Positions 44,291 to 53,320 are shown, counted from the stretch's first letter. The stretch is DNA of 64,000 nt from Bacteroidota bacterium (GCA_003252385.1 QKEH01000137.1:6598-70597), one strand, 5' to 3'. The notes: a model not told the origin generated them from the sequence alone. A program made the numbers and translations.

Positions 44291-46876
44291 ATGTGCGGAG
44301 GAAAACCTATTATTTTATTGGTTGACGACAAGTCGGAAAATTTGTTTGCCCTGGAACAGTTACTTGGCGAGCTGGAGGTGGATACCCTGGCCGCATTATC
44401 GGGCAACGAAGCCATAACCAAAACGTTGGAATACGAATTTGCTCTGGCACTTATTGATGTTCAAATGCCCGACATGGATGGATTTGAAACGCTGGAGTTG
44501 CTTCGAAAAAACAGGGCTACAAAAAACCTGCCCGTAATTTTTATTACCGCAACCTACCAACCCGATTATTCAAAAGTGAAGGGCATTGAACGCGGGGCGG
44601 TCGATTTTTTAACCAAACCCATCGTGCCGGAATTGTTATTGGGTAAAATAAGGGTGCTTCTTAGTCTCTATGAACAACAAAAACAACTCTCCAATACCAT
44701 TAAGGAACGTGATATTGCTTTGCAACATCTCGAAGAGTACAAAGAACATCTGGAAGAACTGGTAGAAACCCGAACCAATGAGCTGGCCAATGTCAATGCC
44801 GGACTGGAAGAAGAAATTTCCATACGAAAAGATACGGAAACCCGGTTACGAGCCAGTGAGGAACGGTACCGTTTGCTTACGGAAAACGCCATTGATTGCA
44901 TTTGGACAATGGATGTAAGGATGCGTTTTACCTATGTAAGCCAGGCCATGGAACTGGTAACTGATTTTACACCGGAGGAGTGCATGGGTAAACCACTTTC
45001 CGCCTTTTGCGACTGGATTCACTTTGCCAAAGTCGCCCGGCTGGCGCTCGGCACCCTGCACAATCCGTTGGAATATCCCTACCTGAGGATTGAAACCCAG
45101 CTTCGATCCAAAAACGGCCAGTCCATCCCTATTGAAATAGCAGGTAAAGCCTTATTAGACAGCCAGGGTAAAGTGATTGGTTTACAGGGTTCCATGAAAG
45201 ATATTACCGAACGTGTCCAGTCGCATCGCGCGTTGCTGGAAAGCGAAAATCGCTTTCGAACCCTGTTCGACAGTTCCCCCGACATGTATGTGTCGTTTGC
45301 ACCAAAAGATGGACGCATTCTGCTCAGCAACCGCACCATGATGGCGCATCTGGGATATGCGGTCGAGGAACTGCGCGGTCGGGAGATCTTTGAGTTTTAT
45401 GCCGACAACGAACAGGATTTATTTAAACTCTTGCAAGAGGAAGGACGCTTAATCGATAAAGAGCTTAAACTGAAAAGAAAGGACAATACTTACATTGATG
45501 TGAACCTCAATGCAGAGGCCATCTACAACACCAACCATCAGCTGGTCTATTACATTGCTACCTGCAGAGACATTAGCCAGCGAATACGAACTGAACAGAA
45601 GCTAACCGACCAGAAGAAGAAGATTTTTGAGCAAATGAAGAATTTCAGCGAGCTCAACAAGGAATATCAGGCACTGAACAAAAACCTCATTAACTCCAAC
45701 CTTAAACTGAAAGAAACCAATATCCAATTGGAAATAGCAAAGAAGAAAGCAGAGGAGAGCGACCGGCTGAAATCGGCATTCTTAGCCAATATGTCGCACG
45801 AGATCCGTACTCCGATGAATGCGATTATTGGCTTTTCCAACCTTTTGAAAGATAATACACTCACAAGTAAAAAAACCGAGCACTATGTCGAACTAATCAA
45901 TAACTCCGGTCAGTATTTACTCAAGCTGATCAACGACATTATTGACCTCTCCAAATTGGAAGCCAGGCAATTAAAAATAAGCTATTGCACGTGTCGACTT
46001 TACGAAATTTTCCGTAATTCCTATGAGCTTTTCCTTCATCATGAGGTGTATAAGTCGAACGAAAAGGTGGATCTCTTGCTCGATGTGGATGAAGCCCAGT
46101 GTACCTGGAACATTGTGACCGATCAGATTCGCTTTGAACAGGTACTTAATAACCTTATTAACAATGCACTAAAATTCACTAAGGAAGGGCACGTACGGAT
46201 AGGCTATCGAGTCACCAAAGATGAAAGTCGCAGCTTTCTGGAGGTGTATGTGGATGATACCGGAATTGGTATACCGGACGAGATGAAGAACGTTATTTTT
46301 GAACGCTTCCGGCAGGTAAAAGAGCTGGACTATCACGAAGGCGCAGGTTTGGGACTGTGCATCTCAAAAGGTATTGTTGAACTCATGGGAGGTACTATCT
46401 GGTATGAAAGCGAGCCGGGTAAAGGATCTACCTTCTTTTTCACCATTCCCCTAAAAATAAACCTCTATTCCGAACCCGTGAAAACGCGCAACACCAACGG
46501 ACAGCTTAATCTGGCCAACAAAACCATTTTTATTGCTGAAGATGACAAGAATTCGTACGAATACCTGGAAGATTTACTCCAGGAAACCCAGGTAACCATT
46601 AAACATGCGCATAATGGCGAAGAACTCATGGAACTGTTGGAAGAGTCGATTCCCGACTTAATTCTGCTGGATATGAATATGCCGAGAAAAAATGGATACG
46701 ATTGCCTGAAAGAAATTAAACAAAAGCAAATTCCGGTTAAGATTATTGCACAGACCGCCTATGCCATGGCCAACGATAAAGAAAAATACCTCAACGAAGG
46801 CTGCCATGCTTATATTGCCAAGCCCTACGAGAGAAATGAAATGATACAAAAAATTGAAGAAGTATTGCAGGAATGA
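44291..46876 (+). CDS. Hybrid sensor histidine kinase: REC / coiled coil / 2 PAS / HisKA-HATPase / REC
   Basis: N-terminal receiver (ILLVDDKSEN, LIDVQMPDMDG, FLTKP). PAS-like repeats (EERYRLLTENAIDCIW..., ENRFRTLFDSSPDMYV...). H-box FLANMSHEIRTPMNAI; DDTGIGIP; GAGLGLCIS. C-terminal receiver (IFIAEDD, LLDMNMPRKNG, AYIAKP). Confidence 0.9.
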   Translation: MCGGKPIILLVDDKSENLFALEQLLGELEVDTLAALSGNEAITKTLEYEFALALIDVQMPDMDGFETLELLRKNRATKNLPVIFITATYQPDYSKVKGIERGAVDFLTKPIVPELLLGKIRVLLSLYEQQKQLSNTIKERDIALQHLEEYKEHLEELVETRTNELANVNAGLEEEISIRKDTETRLRASEERYRLLTENAIDCIWTMDVRMRFTYVSQAMELVTDFTPEECMGKPLSAFCDWIHFAKVARLALGTLHNPLEYPYLRIETQLRSKNGQSIPIEIAGKALLDSQGKVIGLQGSMKDITERVQSHRALLESENRFRTLFDSSPDMYVSFAPKDGRILLSNRTMMAHLGYAVEELRGREIFEFYADNEQDLFKLLQEEGRLIDKELKLKRKDNTYIDVNLNAEAIYNTNHQLVYYIATCRDISQRIRTEQKLTDQKKKIFEQMKNFSELNKEYQALNKNLINSNLKLKETNIQLEIAKKKAEESDRLKSAFLANMSHEIRTPMNAIIGFSNLLKDNTLTSKKTEHYVELINNSGQYLLKLINDIIDLSKLEARQLKISYCTCRLYEIFRNSYELFLHHEVYKSNEKVDLLLDVDEAQCTWNIVTDQIRFEQVLNNLINNALKFTKEGHVRIGYRVTKDESRSFLEVYVDDTGIGIPDEMKNVIFERFRQVKELDYHEGAGLGLCISKGIVELMGGTIWYESEPGKGSTFFFTIPLKINLYSEPVKTRNTNGQLNLANKTIFIAEDDKNSYEYLEDLLQETQVTIKHAHNGEELMELLEESIPDLILLDMNMPRKNGYDCLKEIKQKQIPVKIIAQTAYAMANDKEKYLNEGCHAYIAKPYERNEMIQKIEEVLQE

Positions 46877-46927
46877 ACAGTTTTTCTGCAGCACCAACAT
46901 CCCATTCAGTGCCACCCAAACAAATAT

Positions 46928-46960
46928 AAGAGCCGGTAATTCATTACGTTACCGGCTCTT
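46928..46960. terminator. Hairpin between convergent genes (probable bidirectional terminator)
   Basis: Perfect 12-bp stem AAGAGCCGGTAA / TTACCGGCTCTT with a 9-nt loop. The flanking T/A runs are weak. Confidence 0.5.
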
Positions 46961-46981
46961 GCACTTTATGCTTTACACATC

Positions 46982-47359
46982 CTATTCCTGGGAACGCTTC
47001 TCCGATAGTTTCAGCATGGCCTCCAGTTCACTGGTTACATCATCCTGGTACTTATTTACCATGTCGATGGTAAGCTGATTAGCGGCTACCCAACGGGTTT
47101 TATTTTCTTCATCCAGTTCCGTAACAAAGGTCAGGTTCTTCACCTGCTTTTTATGGGTCATTTTAAGCGACACCTTATCGGCACTCATCACCCCGAAGGT
47201 GGTACTGCCCTTTGTAATAGAAGTTGCCCCTCGTATGGTTTCAAAATTAGCCACAATCTCATTGATTATTGCCTGATAGGACGAAGGTAAAATTTGACCA
47301 GACGCTTTCGAAGCACCCAGTGCAACCACCAGCAGTAAAAGAATTCCGATTTTCTTCAT
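46982..47359 (-). CDS. Hypothetical small secreted protein (125 aa)
   Basis: Signal peptide MKKIGILLLLVVALGASKASGQ. I recognise no motif. Confidence 0.5.
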   Translation of the reverse strand: MKKIGILLLLVVALGASKASGQILPSSYQAIINEIVANFETIRGATSITKGSTTFGVMSADKVSLKMTHKKQVKNLTFVTELDEENKTRWVAANQLTIDMVNKYQDDVTSELEAMLKLSEKRSQE

Positions 47360-47513
47360 AATCTATTTGTTAGTTCTCCTGAAAGAGTGAAGTTATAAAA
47401 ATACAGGGTAAAACCGGCGATTTACCGGTGTGCTACCTGAATGATACTCGAGTAATCCGGCAGCTCCGGATTGGTTATTGTATACAAACCCATGGTTCGA
47501 TCAATACCACCGA

Positions 47514-47810
47514 TCAGGCGTACACGTAACTGATTACCATATTTTCCAGTTGGTTGAGTTGCATCTTAACGGTGCGATTCTCGTTCAGGACAAACTTATT
47601 CTTTTCCTCATTCCAATCGTAACAGGTCATTTCCATTTTTACCCGATCCGGAATGGTATGAAAACTGTTATTACAACCAAATTTTGCCTGAATGATTTTT
47701 AGATAGCGTGCATCAAAATCGTCCAGCCCAAAGTAGGTATCCTCCTGGTACGAATGACGCAAAATTACCCGATAATTTTTGGGATGATCAAATACGGCTC
47801 TTTTGCTCAT
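47514..47810 (-). CDS. Hypothetical small cytoplasmic protein (98 aa)
   Basis: A clean ORF with no competing frame on the same strand, upstream of 46982..47359. I recognise no motif. Confidence 0.45.
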   Translation of the reverse strand: MSKRAVFDHPKNYRVILRHSYQEDTYFGLDDFDARYLKIIQAKFGCNNSFHTIPDRVKMEMTCYDWNEEKNKFVLNENRTVKMQLNQLENMVISYVYA

Positions 47811-48217
47811 GACACTGCGATGTTAAGTTATTAGATACCGCTAATTTAATGAAAAATCAGCGTTTAACCTCAAGCTAACGTCTTTAATGTATCAATAAGT
47901 CCTCTATTCTTTTGCGTGTAAAGAAAAGCAATTATCATACGCCCATTTCCCAGTCCGGTAGGCATTGCAGGTAAGTTCCTGAATAGTAAGGAATCAGTCG
48001 TTGGACTACCATTTTTTTACCTTCCGGTGCAGCGGATACGGTTGGGGGGAACACGAAATGCAGATGAACCGGAAAGCCGTTCTCCGGTCAGATATCCACG
48101 CTTCGAATTTTGACCATAAAGGGGTATTCAACACCCGGTTGTTAGGAAAAAAAGCCAATTCTCTAAGATATAAGCACCAGAATGGCTATATTTAGGTAAT
48201 AGAAATACTTTATTAAA

Positions 48218-50986
48218 ATGAGAACGATTTGTTTTAGCGCATTCCTACTGTTTTTAGCTCTGATCGGCAATGCCCAATCTGCTGATATCGTTGAGAAACG
48301 TAACATTTATACCAAAAAAGGCGATTTCTACACGGAAAAGGGTGATTACGACAAAGCCATTCTGTTCTATAACATGGCGTATGAAAATGATAAAACCGAT
48401 TACCTGTCGATTCTAAAAAAAGCAGATGCCTACAGCAAACTGGCACTCTACCCGCAAGCGGTGAACAGTTATCGCTTCGTGTTTGAGCAGCCGGTTCGCC
48501 CTGCTAATTCGTATCGTTTAAAATATGCACTGGCTCTGCAGGCTAATGGGCAATACTCCGAATTCAAAAAAGTGATTAAGGAATACTCCGATTTGGTGGA
48601 GCTTGAAATTGGCAGCGGAAACACACTGGTTTCTGCCGAAAACCGTACAAAACTTTATAAAGATACCGCGGTAAGTTTTGTGGCCAACGGGCAAAGCGAA
48701 ACCGTAGCCTTCAAGGTAAAATATGCCGGGTATAAAATGCGCCGCCAGGAACACCCCGAAGACAAATACCTGAACCTGATTCTCAGCAACGGAACCGAGC
48801 ATAGCGTAGCACCATCCGATGGCGATAATTTTGAGTTTAACTTCCAGCCCCAGGAAGCCTACACCCTGCTGATACGAAAAGAAAATATTGAGGCTGCCAA
48901 CCTGTTGAATAAACCCGGATTTCAAACCCCTGCCCCGCTGCAGGAAACTGCTATTGAACTGGAACCGGGCATGAAATACGTGTTTACCACCGGATCGAAA
49001 AAAATAAGTGCCGATTACCGCTCGCGCCTGCAGTCTATGGCAGGAAGCTACCAATCGCCCGGTTCCGATGCCGTGGATCTGACTGCCCTGGTGAAGGAAC
49101 TCCACATGGCGGGCGACGAGGTATACAGCATCCGTTTTGAAAAAGGAACTGCTTCCGGTTATAAAAAGCCTGAAATTTCGAGCTTAACCATCAATGACGA
49201 AGCCATTAACATTTTTGGCAATTCGTTCTTTATTGTACTTCCGCTGGAAACCGGTGTCAACTTCAACGTACAAACCGACCTGGACGCTTTGGAGAAAAAC
49301 TTCAGCCCGAAAAAGTTTGCCATGCATATCGATGATGCACCGGTATTTACCGGATCACCCGATCAGGGCTATATGGTGGCACTTACCATCAACACCACTA
49401 CGGTGGATGGTATTAAAACCGAAAATACCTTTATGGGCCGCGAAATTGGCATGATACCCGGTACCGAATACATTCTTACACTAAGCAAACCCGATCCGTC
49501 GGGAGGTAACGATATCGAAGTGTTTGTTCCCTTAACCCAGGGGGTGAAATACAATTTTACTTCTCTGAGTGACAAACAGGAAGAATACCGCAAGGAACTG
49601 GCTGAGTTCCTTTTGGATCGGAAGGATGTAAAACTGGCCGACGAGGAAATCATTAATATTTCGATGCTCTCCAAGGCTCTGGAGGTGGAACCGGGCGAAA
49701 AACTGTCGTTTAACCTTAAACCTGCCAAAAAAATGGGCTCCCAGCCAGGCACAGCGTCCGCAGCAAGCTCGATACTCATGATCGATGACAAGGAATTTAA
49801 AATTAACAGTACCGAAAAATTCCGGGTAAACATTCCTTTTGATCTGGAAAATAAACTCAATATCCAGACCGATCTGGGTTATGTGCAGGAACATTTTGCC
49901 AGCAATGCCTATACCGTGCGGGTGGATACCTCATCCTTCGTCTCCGAAATCAGTATTGATGTGAAAGAGCTGGATAAGTACAAGGACAGCGAATGGCTAA
50001 GCATGAGCGTAAATACCGAGTCGGTGGCAGAGGTTAGCAAACAGGATCAGTTTATTGCCAAGGATGTAAGCATACTGCCCGGCAAGGAGTACATCCTCAC
50101 CATCAGCAAAACCGATGGTAAAACCGGTAAAATCGATGATATCATCATTCCGTTGATCCGCGATGTGAAGTACGATTTTACAGCCCGCGAGGGCTCGGCC
50201 GAAGAATTTGACGCGGCGCTGGATGCCTTCCTGTCCGGACAGAAGAAAGCGACCACTCCCGAAGGAACCATGATCGACATTAAACTGCTTTCGAAGGAAC
50301 TGGAGATCGAGAAAGGCGATGCGGTATCCTTCAGTCTGTTACCGGTTAAAAACATCTACAAAAAGCCCGAAAATGTCGAAAACGCAGCCTCCAGCCTTTT
50401 CCTCGATGATAAAGTGGTAGAGTTTACTCATATTAACAAATATTCCATTAACATGCCGCTACACCAGGGACAGATGAATGTACAAACCAACCTGGACTAC
50501 ATCCAGCAAAATTACCAACCCGGCACGGTACATTTTGAAGTGGACACCCTCTCCTTCTTCTCCGAAATAACTGTAGATACCACAGGGCTCGGCAATCGGG
50601 TAGTGAAAGAAAAAATTACCGATCCGGTATTCGATGTGGTCATTGTAAATTTTGAAGTCAACCAACACGTGCTTACCCCAAAAGCCAAACAAATCATTCA
50701 GGACAAAGTATTCAACGAGATGAGTAAGGACAACCGATTGTATGTTACCATTACCGGCTATACCGATGCACTGGGCGATGCCGATTACAACATGAAATTG
50801 TCGCAAAAAAGAGCCGAATCGGTTCAAGCCTATCTGAAAGCCAATGGCGTGGGCGACAACCGGATCCGGACTTTCTCCTTCGGCGCGGCTTCCAAGCTCG
50901 AAGCAGGAGTAAACTGGAAGGATTTAAGCGAGGCTGAACTGGCCAAGTACCGCAAGGTGGAAATTGTGATCTATTTACCGAAATAA
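48218..50986 (+). CDS. Large OmpA-family protein: signal peptide / TPR / three ~200-aa tandem repeats / OmpA peptidoglycan-binding domain
   Basis: Signal peptide (LLFLALIGNAQS) and a TPR-like region (GDYDKAILFYNMAYEND...). The C-terminal OmpA_C domain has ITGYTDALGDADYNMKLSQKRAESVQAYL. Confidence 0.8.
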   Translation: MRTICFSAFLLFLALIGNAQSADIVEKRNIYTKKGDFYTEKGDYDKAILFYNMAYENDKTDYLSILKKADAYSKLALYPQAVNSYRFVFEQPVRPANSYRLKYALALQANGQYSEFKKVIKEYSDLVELEIGSGNTLVSAENRTKLYKDTAVSFVANGQSETVAFKVKYAGYKMRRQEHPEDKYLNLILSNGTEHSVAPSDGDNFEFNFQPQEAYTLLIRKENIEAANLLNKPGFQTPAPLQETAIELEPGMKYVFTTGSKKISADYRSRLQSMAGSYQSPGSDAVDLTALVKELHMAGDEVYSIRFEKGTASGYKKPEISSLTINDEAINIFGNSFFIVLPLETGVNFNVQTDLDALEKNFSPKKFAMHIDDAPVFTGSPDQGYMVALTINTTTVDGIKTENTFMGREIGMIPGTEYILTLSKPDPSGGNDIEVFVPLTQGVKYNFTSLSDKQEEYRKELAEFLLDRKDVKLADEEIINISMLSKALEVEPGEKLSFNLKPAKKMGSQPGTASAASSILMIDDKEFKINSTEKFRVNIPFDLENKLNIQTDLGYVQEHFASNAYTVRVDTSSFVSEISIDVKELDKYKDSEWLSMSVNTESVAEVSKQDQFIAKDVSILPGKEYILTISKTDGKTGKIDDIIIPLIRDVKYDFTAREGSAEEFDAALDAFLSGQKKATTPEGTMIDIKLLSKELEIEKGDAVSFSLLPVKNIYKKPENVENAASSLFLDDKVVEFTHINKYSINMPLHQGQMNVQTNLDYIQQNYQPGTVHFEVDTLSFFSEITVDTTGLGNRVVKEKITDPVFDVVIVNFEVNQHVLTPKAKQIIQDKVFNEMSKDNRLYVTITGYTDALGDADYNMKLSQKRAESVQAYLKANGVGDNRIRTFSFGAASKLEAGVNWKDLSEAELAKYRKVEIVIYLPK
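48770..50587 (+). repeat. Three tandem ~200-aa protein repeats inside the OmpA-family gene
   Basis: Repeats R2 (aa ~385-585) and R3 (aa ~592-790) align clearly: PGTEYILTLSKPD/PGKEYILTISKTD; VKYNFT/VKYDFT; LSKALEVEPGEKLSFNL/LSKELEIEKGDAVSFSL; NIQTDLGYVQEHF/NVQTNLDYIQQNY; SEISIDV/SEITVDT. R1 (aa ~185-380) is more diverged (NFNVQTDLDALEKNF). Confidence 0.7.
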
Positions 50987-51012
50987 TCCACTCAAATTGT
51001 GAATAAAACAGG

Positions 51013-51046
51013 AAAGGAGCACGGATATTCCCGCGGCTCCTTTTTT
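51013..51046 (+). terminator. Rho-independent terminator after the OmpA-family gene
   Basis: AAAGGAGC...GCTCCTTT stem followed by T6. It lies inside the 5' extension of tracked ORF 50999..52117, which argues for the later start at 51083. Confidence 0.65.
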
Positions 51047-51082
51047 AATTTAGAAGATGGAATAACCAATAACATAAAAACC

Positions 51083-52117
51083 ATGCCAACCTTTAAAAAA
51101 GCCCTAATGCTAACGGGCGCAGCAGCACGTATTTCGCAGGAAGTAGCCCTGTTTGACAAGTTGCGCGAACCACGCTACCAAAACTTGACCCTTTCCGAAG
51201 ACGACACCCTGCTTTGCGGGTTTAGCTCCGGATCGTTAAACCTGGCTGCTATCAACGCATGCTTCCGAAAGAAGGATCCCTGTAGTTGGGATAATTACTA
51301 CAAAGAATCAGTACTGTTCCCATTAACCAGTTCTCAGGTGTTCAATGCGTTTCCCATTCTGCATTTGCCTATTTACAGTACCCATCCCCTGCGCGATACC
51401 CTCGAAGATTTTTTGCGCAATACCCAAATGACCTATACCCGCGATTTACTGTTTCAGTCGTACATTCTCACTATGGCCGACCGGACAAGAGACGAACGAA
51501 GCGACCAGAAAAAGTGGGAAACTCTATGGGCCTGCAGTCGCAACCCGATGCAGGAGAACCTCTATTTGGCCGATTTGCTCATGTCGTCAACGGCCATACC
51601 GGTAGCTTTTCCTTCGCAGGAAATCTATGGTAAGCCGGGTAGTACAACCGATTTTCCGACCCGAAAATTCTACGATGGGGGCACTGGTGGCACTTTTGCC
51701 CGCTTCGAAGACTACCTGGGCAGCCTGATCCTCCAAAACGGCCCTCTGGACGAACTTTACATTATCAGTCCTATGCGCGAAAAGTCGGAGGAAGAAATCC
51801 ATCTGGAGTTTAACCATCTTTTTTCTGGTTTGGAGGCCCTGGAAATTAAACAGTTTAAAGACTTTCTAAGCTCAATTTCCATGAAAACCTTCATGAAGTT
51901 TCTGGTTGCCCTGCAGCAATGGGGGCAACAGCATTTTCCCATGGCGAAGCATTGCTACGTATGCATCCCCGAAATGGAAAGCAATTTTAAAATTCTGGAT
52001 TTTGATAACGAAAAGCCCCAATACCAGGCTGTTTGCAAATGGGTCGACCAACATCCCGACCGGCTTGCCATACCACTCGATCAATTTATTAAAAGCCACC
52101 AAAACGATCTTGCCTAG
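51083..52117 (+). CDS. Patatin-like phospholipase
   Basis: GxSxG nucleophile (GFSSG), DGG Asp motif (FYDGGTGG), and a degenerate oxyanion loop TGAAAR in place of GGGxR. Start set at the internal ATG after the terminator. Confidence 0.72.
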   Translation: MPTFKKALMLTGAAARISQEVALFDKLREPRYQNLTLSEDDTLLCGFSSGSLNLAAINACFRKKDPCSWDNYYKESVLFPLTSSQVFNAFPILHLPIYSTHPLRDTLEDFLRNTQMTYTRDLLFQSYILTMADRTRDERSDQKKWETLWACSRNPMQENLYLADLLMSSTAIPVAFPSQEIYGKPGSTTDFPTRKFYDGGTGGTFARFEDYLGSLILQNGPLDELYIISPMREKSEEEIHLEFNHLFSGLEALEIKQFKDFLSSISMKTFMKFLVALQQWGQQHFPMAKHCYVCIPEMESNFKILDFDNEKPQYQAVCKWVDQHPDRLAIPLDQFIKSHQNDLA

Positions 52118-52124
52118 AATTGTG

Positions 52125-52132
52125 TAACTTTG
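52125..52132 (+). promoter_or_regulatory. -7 promoter box TAACTTTG upstream of ppnP
   Basis: TAnnTTTG match 26 nt upstream of the ATG at 52158. Confidence 0.4.
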
Positions 52133-52157
52133 CCGCTTCATAAAAAATACCAGCAAC

Positions 52158-52439
52158 ATGTTTACTACCAATCAATATTTCGATGGAAAAGTTGCCTCTC
52201 TGGGATTTAATGGTACCGAGGGCAAAGCCACAGTGGGAGTTATTGCTCCCGGCGAATACGAATTTGGAACCAGCACTATAGAAATCATGACCGTGATATC
52301 CGGTCAGATGGAAGTGCAAAAGGCCGGTGATAAAAACTGGACGGTATATAAAAAATTCGAATCGTTTCGGGTGGAAAAAGACTCCGGCTTTAAGGTAAAA
52401 GTAACCGCTGACACTCCCTATCAGTGCCTATATTTGTAG
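52158..52439 (+). CDS. ppnP: Pyrimidine/purine nucleoside phosphorylase (DUF1255/YaiE family)
   Basis: NQYFDGKVASLGF...GEYEFGTSTIEIMTVISG...YQCLYL aligns with E. coli PpnP along its whole length. Confidence 0.85.
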   Translation: MFTTNQYFDGKVASLGFNGTEGKATVGVIAPGEYEFGTSTIEIMTVISGQMEVQKAGDKNWTVYKKFESFRVEKDSGFKVKVTADTPYQCLYL

Positions 52440-52461
52440 GCTTGGCGGATAATCGCATTGA

Positions 52462-52507
52462 AAGAGGCTTCCGGCAGACTAAATGCCGTGAAGCCTCTTC
52501 CATTTTT
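52462..52507 (+). terminator. Rho-independent terminator after ppnP
   Basis: 10-bp stem AAGAGGCTTC / GAAGCCTCTT with inner CGGCA/TGCCG pairing, then T5. Confidence 0.7.
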
Positions 52508-52720
52508 ACCAATCCGCCTTGGTCGTATTTCTGAATAATTACCCTTTACCTTCTGCATTTGATTGTTGGCACTTAGGGTTCTTGTTTTTACACCACTTTT
52601 ATAACTTTCAATCGACTGAAGCATCGCAGAACCAGTTGAGATTCTCTGTAAGACGGAGTGTTGTATTTAATAAAAAACTAACTTACCATCAGTGAAAACA
52701 ATTGGCAAATCAATTGAAAA

Positions 52721-53173
52721 ATGAATAGAAACAAAATTTCGCCTTGCATTTGGCTGACAGCATACGAAGGACATCTGCTACCGGTTATTGAGTATTACCA
52801 AACGGTATTTGAGGCTGCTTTTCAGGCAGGATCTATTGTACCGCTTGGCGAAACACCAAGTGGCTATGCTGAGATGAGTGAGGTACTGATCTTTGGCCAA
52901 ACCTTTACAGTAATGAATACCGAAAATCCTCATCATCCACTGAATGATGCAGTTTCGTTGATGATTCATTGTGACGGACAGGAAGAAATTGATCACTACT
53001 GGAATTATTTTACACTAGACGGAAAAGAAGCTCCATGTGGTTGGTGTTCCGACAAATACGGACTTCGATGGCAGGTGCTTCCAAAGAACCTGGCAGAACT
53101 GATGAGTATGCCCCATTCTATGAAGGTACTGATGCAACAGAAGAAAATAGTAATAGCCGACTTTTTTAAATGA
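52721..53173 (+). CDS. VOC-superfamily protein (PhnB / 3-demethylubiquinone-9 3-methyltransferase-like fold)
   Basis: The N-terminal ISPCIWL... and the pattern FGQTFTVMN...ISLMIHCDGQEEIDHYW...CGWCSDKYGLRWQV are typical of this family. Confidence 0.7.
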   Translation: MNRNKISPCIWLTAYEGHLLPVIEYYQTVFEAAFQAGSIVPLGETPSGYAEMSEVLIFGQTFTVMNTENPHHPLNDAVSLMIHCDGQEEIDHYWNYFTLDGKEAPCGWCSDKYGLRWQVLPKNLAELMSMPHSMKVLMQQKKIVIADFFK

Positions 53174-53312
53174 ACAACAAACCACTGAACACTACGGATA
53201 TCCCTAACCGCAATAGCCATGAGTAATTCCACTTTAAGCCTTGATCCAGTAATGGTGTAGGCGGGCTGCATTTTTCCACTTAAATTACTTTCGCCGCATC
53301 GGTCAATAATCC

Positions 53313-53320
53313 TATATTTG
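53313..53320 (+). promoter_or_regulatory. -7 promoter box TATATTTG upstream of the acyltransferase gene
   Basis: TAnnTTTG match 27 nt upstream of the ATG at 53347. Confidence 0.4.

Noticed and set aside
47485-47505. GGTTCGATC, a T-arm-like motif suggesting a tRNA
   Set aside because: No acceptor stem, anticodon arm or D-arm can be built around it. It lies at the 3' end region of a small protein gene.
51083-52117. Patatin-like gene as a CBASS (CapV-type) or other anti-phage effector
   Set aside because: There is no adjacent cyclase/nucleotidyltransferase, E1/E2/JAB, or other defence-type partner. A terminator lies upstream and a housekeeping gene (ppnP) lies downstream.
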